A stretch of DNA of 64,000 nucleotides from an uncultured archaeon (lineage in GTDB: Archaea; Iainarchaeota; Iainarchaeia; Iainarchaeales; VGJJ01). Below, in pieces: positions 18,961 to 27,165 of the stretch (position 1 is the stretch's first letter; the number at the start of each line of letters is the position of its first letter). Under the pieces are notes generated by a model, which did no database searches, had not been told where the DNA came from, and saw nothing but the letters and a program-made list of their open reading frames with translations. The position numbers and the translations under genes were made by a program. Where the stretch lies: NCBI GenBank assembly GCA_964557045.1, contig CAZKYB010000002.1, forward strand, positions 1,212 to 65,211, given 5' to 3'.

Positions 18961-19019
18961 ACCCTGCTCTTGGAAGGCGGGCTTTTAACCCTATTTTGAG
19001 GCAAAATAGTGCGACGGTT

Positions 19020-19091
19020 GGCCCCGTGGTCTAACGGCTAGGATAGTTCCTTTACATGGATCGGGCGGCAGTTCGACTCTGCCCGGGGCCA
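19020..19091 (+). tRNA. tRNA-Val(UAC)
   Basis: Acceptor GGCCCCG/CGGGGCC, discriminator A, anticodon loop TTTACAT, T arm GGCAG-TTCGACT-CTGCC; CCA not encoded. Confidence 0.9.
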
Positions 19092-19130
19092 CTCGAAAAT
19101 GATATAAGTGAACAATCCCTCTGGGAAAGA

Positions 19131-19826
19131 ATGACCTTCTCCTGGAACCCCTACCTGTCTAACTTGAGACAGGCACTCTACCTCATCGAATCCGCGCGAA
19201 AGCCCATTCAAGGATTGCCTACTCCAAAAAAATTGGCTGATAGTCTCCCCACGATTGAAGAGGTAAGAAACGAGGCAACGAAGCAAGGAATCCCAATACC
19301 TGATCCAATCATTCAACCTTTGCTTTCTGCCACACGATCGCAATTATTAGATCCGCATCACATCGCGCGAGAAGCATACCCTGGGACTGTTGCACAACTC
19401 ATCGAACGGACGGTAAAAAATATCCGTGAAAGAAAAAAACCAAAGCTGTACCTCGCATTCTCACGGAAAGCCGAGGGATCCCCTCCAAAGCCCGCTCCAA
19501 AATCCAAAACCAATGCGTGGAAAACACTACGTGAATTCCTGATTCAACCGGAAAACTCCAAATTCAAAACATTGCCCGGAACTCTTTCCCGACTCATGAG
19601 CGGACATTCCCCTCGCACTCCACTCGAGGTTGAATATCAAAAACTCCTCCAACGAAAACAAATCCTCGCACTTGTGAAACATCGCATACAAGTACGCGAG
19701 GAATGGGCTGCTGCTTCCATGAAACGAGCCCGGGCCATCCAAGCCAACACATTCATTCCGCCCGGAGGAAAAGAAACCCCCGTGCCGCCCAAACCGCCCC
19801 TTTTTCGACGCAAGAGGGGAAAGTAA
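19131..19826 (+). CDS. Orphan basic, Pro-rich hypothetical protein
   Basis: ATG 19131 behind GATATAAG; ends PVPPKPPLFRRKRGK. Confidence 0.65.
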   Translation: MTFSWNPYLSNLRQALYLIESARKPIQGLPTPKKLADSLPTIEEVRNEATKQGIPIPDPIIQPLLSATRSQLLDPHHIAREAYPGTVAQLIERTVKNIRERKKPKLYLAFSRKAEGSPPKPAPKSKTNAWKTLREFLIQPENSKFKTLPGTLSRLMSGHSPRTPLEVEYQKLLQRKQILALVKHRIQVREEWAAASMKRARAIQANTFIPPGGKETPVPPKPPLFRRKRGK

Positions 19827-19858
19827 TCCCATATTAATCCGAGAACGCTTCCACTCTC

Positions 19859-20080
19859 ATGGAAAGCGAAAGCCCCAAGAAAGACAAGCCCGTCACGATT
19901 GAAGTACTGATGGAAGGGCCGAATGGGGAGCTCTACTTCCAACCCATCGAAGCCACTCCTGAACATTTGGAAGAATTAATCAAAGCAACTACCAACTCCA
20001 TGATCAAACACAACCTCCAGAAACAGCTTGAAAAGCTCCAAAAAGAGAGGGAATCCGAATCGGGCGATAACACCCATTAA
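19859..20080 (+). CDS. Small acidic hypothetical protein
   Basis: 73 aa, ATATTAAT about 25 nt upstream, coiled-coil-like C-terminus. Confidence 0.55.
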   Translation: MESESPKKDKPVTIEVLMEGPNGELYFQPIEATPEHLEELIKATTNSMIKHNLQKQLEKLQKERESESGDNTH

Positions 20081-20108
20081 AAACCATCACCGGGGATTTT
20101 CGTACAGT

Positions 20109-20180
20109 GCGAGAGTCGTCTAGTGGTTAGGATCGAACCTTGCCAAGGTTTGGGCCCGGGTTCAAATCCCGGCTCTCGCA
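20109..20180 (+). tRNA. tRNA-Gly(GCC)
   Basis: Acceptor GCGAGAG/CTCTCGC, anticodon loop TTGCCAA, T arm CCGGG-TTCAAAT-CCCGG. Confidence 0.96.
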
Positions 20181-20188
20181 TTCTTTTC

Positions 20189-20260
20189 GCAGCGATAGTC
20201 TAGTGGTTAGGATGGAGCCTTCCCAAGGCTCCGACCCGGGTTCAAATCCCGGTCGCTGCA
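20189..20260 (+). tRNA. tRNA-Gly(CCC)
   Basis: Acceptor GCAGCGA/TCGCTGC, anticodon arm GAGCC-TTCCCAA-GGCTC. Confidence 0.96.
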
Positions 20261-20324
20261 TGGGATTTCTTTCTTCTTGAAGGGGCTTTTATAATCATTA
20301 TTGCGCGGGAACTCTAGTACGACC

Positions 20325-20396
20325 GCAGCCATAGTACAGTGGTCAGTATAGGGGCTTTCCAAGCCCTTGACGTGGGTTCGAATCCCACTGGCTGCA
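20325..20396 (+). tRNA. tRNA-Gly(UCC)
   Basis: Acceptor GCAGCCA/TGGCTGC, anticodon loop TTTCCAA, own TATA TTTTATAA at 20287-20294. Confidence 0.96.
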
Positions 20397-20449
20397 CTTT
20401 CAACTTGTTTTTTCCAAACCGTTTTATGGTCCAACTCAACCATTAAACC

Positions 20450-20773
20450 ATGGCCTCCGAGAAACGACAAGTACGCCCACTCACAGGCATTCAAAAAATC
20501 GCCATTGAAAGAATGTGGCGATTAGATGAACTGGCGGCGGAGAACGTCCACGAACACCCCACTCGTGCACGAAAATATGTCCAGCTCATCCGCGGACTCT
20601 CCACGCGTTTCCGCGTGCCCATCCCTATGCAAATTCGCAACCGCTTCTGCAAAACCTGCGAAAACTACTGGATGGACGGCGTGAATGTCACGCGACGCAT
20701 AACGAATCACACGATGAACATGAACTGCATGATATGCAATACCCTCACACGAAGGAGAGTGAAGCCCCAATGA
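20450..20773 (+). CDS. rnp4: RNase P protein component 4 (Rpp21)
   Basis: IAIERM..L, RARKYV, RFCKTC...CMIC zinc ribbon. Confidence 0.9.
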   Translation: MASEKRQVRPLTGIQKIAIERMWRLDELAAENVHEHPTRARKYVQLIRGLSTRFRVPIPMQIRNRFCKTCENYWMDGVNVTRRITNHTMNMNCMICNTLTRRRVKPQ

Positions 20774-21039
20774 AAAAAGACGCTCAACAAGTTTGGTTCA
20801 AGGCCAAACAATATGGATGGGGCTGGACCCCCATTACGTGGGAAGGGTGGGTGGTGACACTCGTGTTTGTTTTTGTGATTGTGGGAATCACCCAAACCTA
20901 CTCCTTATCCAAACCTGGAAACGTGATCCCCTTCACGATTGGAATGCTCCTCGCCATCGGACTATTGATGTTTATTGCCTCCACGAAGGGGGAAAAACCC
21001 TCCTGGAGATGGGGCGGGAAACCCGTGTTCAAGAAATAG
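20770..21039 (+). CDS. Small two-TM protein with WFKAKQYGWGWxPxTWEGW motif
   Basis: ATGA overlap with rnp4; Trp/Gly motif, two TM segments, KGEKPSWRWG. Confidence 0.75.
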   Translation: MKKDAQQVWFKAKQYGWGWTPITWEGWVVTLVFVFVIVGITQTYSLSKPGNVIPFTIGMLLAIGLLMFIASTKGEKPSWRWGGKPVFKK

Positions 21040-21102
21040 CCCCTATCGAGAAAAAAGAGGCCCAATCCGGCCGTTTCTTTATAAACCCTCTTTAGTGGTT
21101 TA

Positions 21103-21170
21103 GGGTTAGAACGACTCATTTTTGAGTTGTTGAACGAAAACGCACCGAAAGGTGCAACCCACGGAGATGA
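21103..21170 (+). promoter_or_regulatory. Structured 5' leader of the rps19e operon
   Basis: TATA TTTATAAA 21078-21085; hairpins 21110-21131 and GCACC-GAAA-GGTGC 21142-21155; SD-like GGAGATGA. Confidence 0.55.
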
Positions 21171-21176
21171 TTGAAC

Positions 21177-21749
21177 ATGGGCGTATTCGACGTTCCAACC
21201 CCCTTCCTGTTAGCGGCTACGGCTAAAGACCTGAAGGAACACAAGAAAGTACAGTCCCCCGCATTTGCGGAATATGTCAAGACCGGTGCCCACGCCGAGC
21301 GTGCACCGAATGACCCGGAGTGGTACTACACCCGATGCGCGAGCATCCTGTACCGCGTCTTCAAAGACGGACCGGTCGGAACCGAAAGCTTGCGATCCTA
21401 CTACGGTGGACGAAAAGCTCGCGGAGTAAAACCGCACATTCACTACAAAGCCGGTGGAAAGATTATCCGATTAGGATTACAGCAATTACAGAAAGCCGGA
21501 CTCATCAAGATGGGTGAGAAGGGCGGACGAACGATTACTCCCGCAGGACAGAAGTATCTCAATGAGATGTCCAAACTCGCCGCGGAAATGGCCAAGAACT
21601 ACGTCAAGAAGAAGCGCGTGTTCAAGAAAGGAACCAAGACTGACTCCGATGTTCGAGATGCCTTGAAGAAGGGCGGAAAGAAGGAAGGAGACAAGGACGC
21701 TAAGCGCGACGACGTCAAGGCCAAGAAGAAGGAGGGAAGTGAGGAATAA
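21177..21749 (+). CDS. rps19e: Ribosomal protein eS19 with Lys-rich C-terminal extension
   Basis: VKTGAHAERAP, WYYTRCASIL, YGGRK, GGKIIR..LQQLQ, GRTITPAG. Confidence 0.96.
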   Translation: MGVFDVPTPFLLAATAKDLKEHKKVQSPAFAEYVKTGAHAERAPNDPEWYYTRCASILYRVFKDGPVGTESLRSYYGGRKARGVKPHIHYKAGGKIIRLGLQQLQKAGLIKMGEKGGRTITPAGQKYLNEMSKLAAEMAKNYVKKKRVFKKGTKTDSDVRDALKKGGKKEGDKDAKRDDVKAKKKEGSEE

Positions 21750-22066
21750 TGAATGAGGAACAATGGAGAGCCCAACGCGAACAGGAACTGCGCGCCAAGC
21801 CCGACGACCAACCAAATGTCGCCGAGCAACGAATGAAGATGGCCCAGCAACTCGACGCGGTACTCTCTAGGATTCTCACCCCCGAAGCCAAACAACGACT
21901 GGCCAATGTGCGACTCATCAATGAGGAAAAATACCTCACGGTGGCGCAGGGCCTGTTAGGTTTGGTCCAGCAGGGACGAATCCAAGGGAAAGTCACCGAC
22001 GAACAAGTGAAATCCCTCCTCGGACAACTCACCCCCAAGAAAAACATGACAATCACTCGGAAATGA
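21749..22066 (+). CDS. PDCD5-like DNA-binding protein
   Basis: ILTPEAKQRLANVRL, GRIQGKVTDEQVKSLL, ITRK; canonical position after rps19e. Confidence 0.92.
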   Translation: MNEEQWRAQREQELRAKPDDQPNVAEQRMKMAQQLDAVLSRILTPEAKQRLANVRLINEEKYLTVAQGLLGLVQQGRIQGKVTDEQVKSLLGQLTPKKNMTITRK

Positions 22067-22080
22067 GCGTGAAAAAAACT

Positions 22081-22383
22081 ATGAGCAGCCACAAAACAAA
22101 GGAAATGAAGAAATTCATCATCTCAACCCGAAAGAAAATAACCCCGGGATTGACGAATGCGCCCGTCTTCGCCATGCAGAAGAAACGCAAACGAATTTAC
22201 AACACGAAGGGAAAGAGACACTGGAGAAGTATCGACTTGGGCAAGATGCACAAGAAGGCCACCCAGCAGATCGGACGCAATATCCGCGGAACCAAGCGCA
22301 ACGTGGGAAAGGGAAACCCGAACACGCACCGCATGCACAAGAAGAAATTCAAGCGCGCGCACAAACAAGTGAGAGGCGATTAA
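22081..22383 (+). CDS. rpl39e: Ribosomal protein eL39 with long basic C-terminal extension
   Basis: MSSHKT start, N-x-P-V-F, KRHWR motif; canonical position before rpl31e. Confidence 0.8.
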   Translation: MSSHKTKEMKKFIISTRKKITPGLTNAPVFAMQKKRKRIYNTKGKRHWRSIDLGKMHKKATQQIGRNIRGTKRNVGKGNPNTHRMHKKKFKRAHKQVRGD

Positions 22384-22384
22384 G

Positions 22385-22810
22385 ATGGCTGAAAAAGAAT
22401 ACGTAATCCGATACAACGATGCGGTGCGCATCCCCCGAACACGGTTCGCCAACAAAGTGCTGCAGGCGACCCGCGCGTTCGTGAAGAAGCATACGCACGC
22501 CGACAACGCAAACATCCGAATCTCCGCCGACGTGAACGCGGCCATCTGGGCGCGAGGGATGAATCACAAGCTCAACAAGCTGAACGTGGTCATCCGGAAG
22601 AAGGACGGAAATGTATGGGTCTTCATCCCGGAAGGAAATGACCTGAAAACCTTCGAAAAAGCCGCGGCTCCCCCCAAGAAGAAGGAAACCAAGGCATCGG
22701 CGAAGACGGAAACAACCACTGAAAAAGTGGAAGCGGCCATCACGAAGACCGAAACGAAGGAAGCCAAGCCCGCGAAGACCACTTCCAAAGCTAAGGCGAA
22801 GAGCGAGTAG
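22385..22810 (+). CDS. rpl31e: Ribosomal protein eL31 with K/T/A/E-rich tail
   Basis: EKEYVI, PRTRFANK, FVKKH, VNAAIWARG. Confidence 0.92.
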   Translation: MAEKEYVIRYNDAVRIPRTRFANKVLQATRAFVKKHTHADNANIRISADVNAAIWARGMNHKLNKLNVVIRKKDGNVWVFIPEGNDLKTFEKAAAPPKKKETKASAKTETTTEKVEAAITKTETKEAKPAKTTSKAKAKSE

Positions 22811-22819
22811 TAGGATTGT

Positions 22820-23494
22820 ATGAGCATCAAGACGATCTCTCTGCACGGCTCCCCCTACGTGGGGATTTTCTGCTCCGTGACGGACGAGATCGCCTTGATT
22901 CCTAGTTTTTTGAACAGCAAAGACGTGAAACGAATTGAGGACACGTTGAACGTGGAAGCCATTCCTACGACCATCGCTAATTCTCATTTGATTGGCGCAT
23001 TATCGCGCGGACTCAAGAAGAAATTCGCGGTATCCTACACGATTGATAAGAGTGAGAAGGACCACTTGGAAAAAATAGGACTAAACATCCACCCCGTTCG
23101 CGGAATTACGGCGGTGGGAAACCTCCTGTGTATGCAATCCAATGCTGGAATTGCATCTCCTTTGATTCACCCGTTAGAGTTGGCCAACTTGGAGAAGTTC
23201 TTCAACGTCAAACTTCATGCCAAGAATATTGCCGGTAGCGAACTCGCTGGCTCCTGCGTCCTTGCAACGGACAAAGGATTCTTAGCCCACCCTAAAACAG
23301 AACCCCACGAAATGGAATGGCTGGAAAGCGTATTCCGCGTGCCCGGAATGACCACCACGGCCAATTATGGAGACCCCTTCATTGCCAACTCCATCCTAGC
23401 CAACGCCCACGGAAGTATTGTGGGGGAGCGAACGAGTGGACCCGAGCTTTCCCGAATCGACGAGGGATTGCACCCGGGGCTGCTCAACGAGTAG
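22820..23494 (+). CDS. eif6: Translation factor aIF6
   Basis: GSPYVGIF, AVGN, GFLAHP, TTANYG.P, ANAHG..VG..TSGPELSRI. Confidence 0.94.
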   Translation: MSIKTISLHGSPYVGIFCSVTDEIALIPSFLNSKDVKRIEDTLNVEAIPTTIANSHLIGALSRGLKKKFAVSYTIDKSEKDHLEKIGLNIHPVRGITAVGNLLCMQSNAGIASPLIHPLELANLEKFFNVKLHAKNIAGSELAGSCVLATDKGFLAHPKTEPHEMEWLESVFRVPGMTTTANYGDPFIANSILANAHGSIVGERTSGPELSRIDEGLHPGLLNE

Positions 23495-23532
23495 GTTTAA
23501 TTGCATTATCGGACTAAAACAAGTAGGAAGGA

Positions 23533-24000
23533 ATGAACATGGTAACCATGAAAGAAATGGCCAAACCCGGCGAGAAACGACTCAACCTCAAACAGGTCCT
23601 CCAATTACGAATGGTGGAACGACGCAAGGTCAAGCAGCTCATCCGACAGCGACGCTCAACCGAGCGCATCATGCTGGAACACTTGAACGTGCGCGCCACG
23701 CTGAAAGAATTGGGAGAGAAAGGAAAAGTCGAAAGTTTGATCCCCTTAGGAGGAGGAATCCTCATTGAAGGGACCGTTACTTCCACCGCATTCAAGCGAA
23801 CCCTCCCTGGAAATGTGATTGTGAACGCCACCAAGAAGCAGGTTGAATCGGACCTGGATGAGCGACAGAAGATCATTGAGGACGAGATGAAATACCTCGA
23901 TTCCCGCATCCAGGACGCGAGCATCAACCTCCAAAGCCTAGACGCCATGGTTGAGATGGCCAAAGAGGCCCGCGTGCAAAAGAAACAGAAGAAGAAATAA
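23533..24000 (+). CDS. pfdA: Prefoldin alpha subunit (divergent)
   Basis: Coiled coils flanking LIPLGGGILIEG; canonical position before ftsY. Confidence 0.75.
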   Translation: MNMVTMKEMAKPGEKRLNLKQVLQLRMVERRKVKQLIRQRRSTERIMLEHLNVRATLKELGEKGKVESLIPLGGGILIEGTVTSTAFKRTLPGNVIVNATKKQVESDLDERQKIIEDEMKYLDSRIQDASINLQSLDAMVEMAKEARVQKKQKKK

Positions 24001-24012
24001 GGAGAACAAATC

Positions 24013-25230
24013 ATGTTCGACCTGCTCAAGAAAAAAATTGCAGGGTTCACGGAAAAGATTCTCGGACACACGACTGAACAGACCTCACCGGTGGCTCCGG
24101 CACCCGCCCCCACACCAACTCCTCAAGCAGCCACTCCCCCCGTAGTGGAAGAAAAGAAAATCGAAACCCCCACTCCAATCGTGAAAACCCAAAAGGTCGA
24201 ACGCACTTCCTCTCCCATAGTGGAGAAAAAAGAACTCCCAACTACGCCCATTCCTCCCGTGGCGGAGAAACCGGCCCTCGAACCATTGACTCCCACTTCC
24301 CTTCCAGAGATACAGCAACGAGACGAAAGGGAAATCAAGGCCAAAATAGGAGTGACGCAAAAAGTCACCAGCCTCCTCACGGGAACCGTTACCCTCAAAC
24401 CCGAGACCGTTCAATCATTCCTAGAAGAGTTTGAACTCTCATTGTTAGAAGCAGATGTTGAATTGGAAACCGCCCAAGCGCTCATCACTCAACTGGAGAA
24501 GCGACTGAGCGGGAAAACCATCTCTTCGCGAGACGATCCCAACACGATTATCCTTTCTGAGATCAAAGCGGCGTTGTATGAGATACTCCCTCCTTCGGAA
24601 TTAGATTTCGATCGACGCATAGAGACGCAAAAACCATTCGTCATTCTCATCCTTGGTCCGAATGGGGCGGGAAAAACCACGACTATCGCCAAACTTACCA
24701 ACTATTTGAAAAAGAAAGGAAAAAGTGTGGTGTTGGCGAGCGCGGACACCTTCCGTGCGGGAAGCATTGAACAGTTGGGGGTGCATGCGGAAAAACTCGG
24801 CGTGCGATTAATCAAACACCAATATGGTGCCGATCCCGCGGCCGTGGCATTTGACACGGTGAAAGCAGCGCAGGCCGAGAACGCCGACGTGGTCATCATC
24901 GACACGGCGGGACGACAAGACACCAACAAGAACTTGCTCGAAGAATTGAAAAAAATCCAGCGCGTGATCCAGCCTCATTTGAAAATATACATCGGAGAGA
25001 GTTACACGGGACAAGCCATCCTCGGACAAGTGGAAACATTTGACCAAACCATTGGAATTGATGGATTCATCCTCACCAAGTTGGATACGGACTCCAAAGG
25101 GGGAGGAGTGTTGACTATCCTTCATCGAATCAAGAGGCCCATTCTCTTCTTTGGTGTGGGGCAAGGATACGAGGATTTGACCCCCTTTTCCTTAGACGCC
25201 TTCCTCGACCGACTCATCCCCACGGCATAA
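24013..25230 (+). CDS. ftsY: SRP receptor FtsY
   Basis: GPNGAGKTTTIAKL, DTFRAG, DTAGR, TKLD, GVGQGYEDL; Pro/Thr-rich N-terminal linker. Confidence 0.96.
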   Translation: MFDLLKKKIAGFTEKILGHTTEQTSPVAPAPAPTPTPQAATPPVVEEKKIETPTPIVKTQKVERTSSPIVEKKELPTTPIPPVAEKPALEPLTPTSLPEIQQRDEREIKAKIGVTQKVTSLLTGTVTLKPETVQSFLEEFELSLLEADVELETAQALITQLEKRLSGKTISSRDDPNTIILSEIKAALYEILPPSELDFDRRIETQKPFVILILGPNGAGKTTTIAKLTNYLKKKGKSVVLASADTFRAGSIEQLGVHAEKLGVRLIKHQYGADPAAVAFDTVKAAQAENADVVIIDTAGRQDTNKNLLEELKKIQRVIQPHLKIYIGESYTGQAILGQVETFDQTIGIDGFILTKLDTDSKGGGVLTILHRIKRPILFFGVGQGYEDLTPFSLDAFLDRLIPTA

Positions 25231-25300
25231 TACCCATACCACGGCACCCGCCGAAATGGCTTATGCGCGTGTTTTAAGCATTTCCACGACTAAATTATGT

Positions 25301-25723
25301 ATGCTTTTTGAGGAAAATGTGGCTTTGCTCCTGAGCGCCCTGAGCGTCATCGTCACGCTCGGAATTGCCTGGCTGGTAGTCTTGGAAAAAGGAATCTCCA
25401 AGAGAGTCAACCTCCTACTCCTACTGGTCGTTTTCTATCTCATTGGAGTAGTTGGAAAAAATGGAATTAGTGACATCTTCTTCCTCCCCCCCATGACTCT
25501 TGAATTCAGTCTCATGGTGACGTTGATTGTATTTACTCTTTTGGGATTCCCCATGTCTTTCACCCCCCTAACTATTTTCCTTGCGGCTTTTGCATATATG
25601 ATTCTCTTTCCCTTTCACGCGCTTGCTGCCAATCTCATCATGTTGGCCATTTTCCTATTATTCTTCATACCATTTATCGTAACCACCGTGGATACCACCT
25701 ACAAGCAGTTCGTGCAGAAATAA
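25301..25723 (+). CDS. Multi-pass membrane protein, unknown function
   Basis: Very hydrophobic; ATG 25301 behind TTTTAAG. Confidence 0.65.
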   Translation: MLFEENVALLLSALSVIVTLGIAWLVVLEKGISKRVNLLLLLVVFYLIGVVGKNGISDIFFLPPMTLEFSLMVTLIVFTLLGFPMSFTPLTIFLAAFAYMILFPFHALAANLIMLAIFLLFFIPFIVTTVDTTYKQFVQK

Positions 25724-25732
25724 TTCCACCAA

Positions 25733-25960
25733 CTAAATTCGCATCGCAACATCGCGGAAGAAAAAACTCCAGAGGGCATTTACTAGGTTCAGCGCCCCTC
25801 CCTCGAGGAGAAATTGAATGAACAACCACACGGCCACCAATAACAACACCAGTCGTAAAAACTTCGCCAAAGAATAATCTGGACGATACACATACAGCAA
25901 GAAGAAGAGAATGAGTCCCAGAAAGAGGATGGACTGCTGATAGGTCTCCCAGAACTCCAT
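25733..25960 (-). CDS. Small membrane protein
   Basis: MEFWETYQQ then two TM segments; shares a TATA with the divergent 26011 gene. Confidence 0.6.
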   Translation of the reverse strand: MEFWETYQQSILFLGLILFFLLYVYRPDYSLAKFLRLVLLLVAVWLFIQFLLEGGALNLVNALWSFFFRDVAMRI

Positions 25961-26010
25961 ACCACTCCTGATTCCCTCACCCATTTAAAGATTGCCCGCA
26001 CTCATACGAA

Positions 26011-26298
26011 ATGATGAAGTGGATTCTCATTGGATTAATCCTATTGGTTTCCCTAAACGGGATGCTCGCCCACGAAGTGGTGACGGGGGATCCGGTGCAT
26101 GATCAGAATGAAGAGCATCAGGCCGTCGGATCTCCCACCAACAGCCCCGGAATCGCTCAGTATACCGCCCAAAAAGAAGTGTCGAGTTGGGAGGACGCGT
26201 GGCCGTATGTGTTACTATTATTCCTCGGGCTTGGAGGTTTTGCCTTCGCCATGGGCATGGTACTTCACCCCACTGGAAACGGCAAGCGACGACGATAG
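26011..26298 (+). CDS. Small exported, C-terminally anchored protein with predicted N-terminal His
   Basis: Signal peptide ...NGMLA|HEVV, His/acidic linker, C-terminal TM plus GKRRR. Confidence 0.65.
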   Translation: MMKWILIGLILLVSLNGMLAHEVVTGDPVHDQNEEHQAVGSPTNSPGIAQYTAQKEVSSWEDAWPYVLLLFLGLGGFAFAMGMVLHPTGNGKRRR

Positions 26299-26334
26299 AA
26301 ACAGGATTATAAACCCCTAAAAGTCAGTTTGGGA

Positions 26335-27165
26335 ATGAAATACACGCACGCACTTCTCCTTGCGCTGGTCCTCCTGACGGGGTCCTCGGTCGTATTTGCC
26401 CAAATGGACGGAGGGACTGTCAATTCTTCCATTCTCCTTGCGAATACCCTCCGAGACAATGCCTACAATGTGGTCCTAGTCTCGGCCGCCGCCCTCATCC
26501 TGCTAGTGGTATATTCCATCAAGACCAAGCCCCGCAAGGAGAAAATGAAAAAACTCTTGTTTTGGTCGATTGTGTTTTTCGCCGTGGGAAGCAACCTCTA
26601 TCTCGCAGGGGCTACGCTTTACACCAACCACGTGTCTCCGACCGGGGGACCGGTGCACTGGCACACGGATTTTGAATTATGGAACTGCGGACAATTCCTC
26701 GATGTGGTAGACCCTACCGGCTGGGACAATCGCGTGGGAACGTGGGAAGTCCACGAGCACAATGACAACCGGATGCACATTGAGGGAACCATCCTCGATA
26801 TGGACCAGGCATCCTTCCATCACTTCTTCGAAATTATTGGCGGAACCGTGGATAGAAGCGGGATGAACATCCCCACGATCAATGGAAACGTCAACCTCCC
26901 GGCGCAGGGAATGTGCGGTGGAAAGCGGGCCGAACTGCAAGTGTTCCGATTGTACATCACCAACCCCGAAAGCGCGAAGAATTGGACCTACGTCCAGGAA
27001 AAGCTCGAATTCCCTGAGGGATTGGAGAAGATTATGGCGCCCTATGCCAACGTCCCTCCTGGAGACTGCTTGATTATTGAATATGACACCCCCAAGTCGA
27101 AGACCGCCCATTCTTGCGCGTCCTATCGATCGGCGATGAATCGAGGTGAACTGCATGGCCGTTGA
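26335..27165 (+). CDS. Membrane protein with extracellular His-rich putative metal-binding domain
   Basis: Signal peptide, two TM segments, then VHWHTDF...VHEHND..MHIEG...FHHFF and four Cys. Confidence 0.75.
   Translation: MKYTHALLLALVLLTGSSVVFAQMDGGTVNSSILLANTLRDNAYNVVLVSAAALILLVVYSIKTKPRKEKMKKLLFWSIVFFAVGSNLYLAGATLYTNHVSPTGGPVHWHTDFELWNCGQFLDVVDPTGWDNRVGTWEVHEHNDNRMHIEGTILDMDQASFHHFFEIIGGTVDRSGMNIPTINGNVNLPAQGMCGGKRAELQVFRLYITNPESAKNWTYVQEKLEFPEGLEKIMAPYANVPPGDCLIIEYDTPKSKTAHSCASYRSAMNRGELHGR

Noticed and set aside
19056..19130. N-terminal extension of the 19056 ORF
   Set aside because: Overlaps tRNA-Val; a TATA at about 19101 supports ATG 19131.
17857..20080. tRNA-integrated element or restriction-modification island
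   Set aside because: No integrase, no duplicated tRNA 3' end seen, no recognisable endonuclease.
20109..20260. Direct repeats resembling a mini-CRISPR
   Set aside because: They are the shared D and T arms of two tRNA-Gly genes; no cas genes or spacer pattern.
21103..21160. Hammerhead ribozyme in the three-stem leader
   Set aside because: The CUGANGA core is absent.
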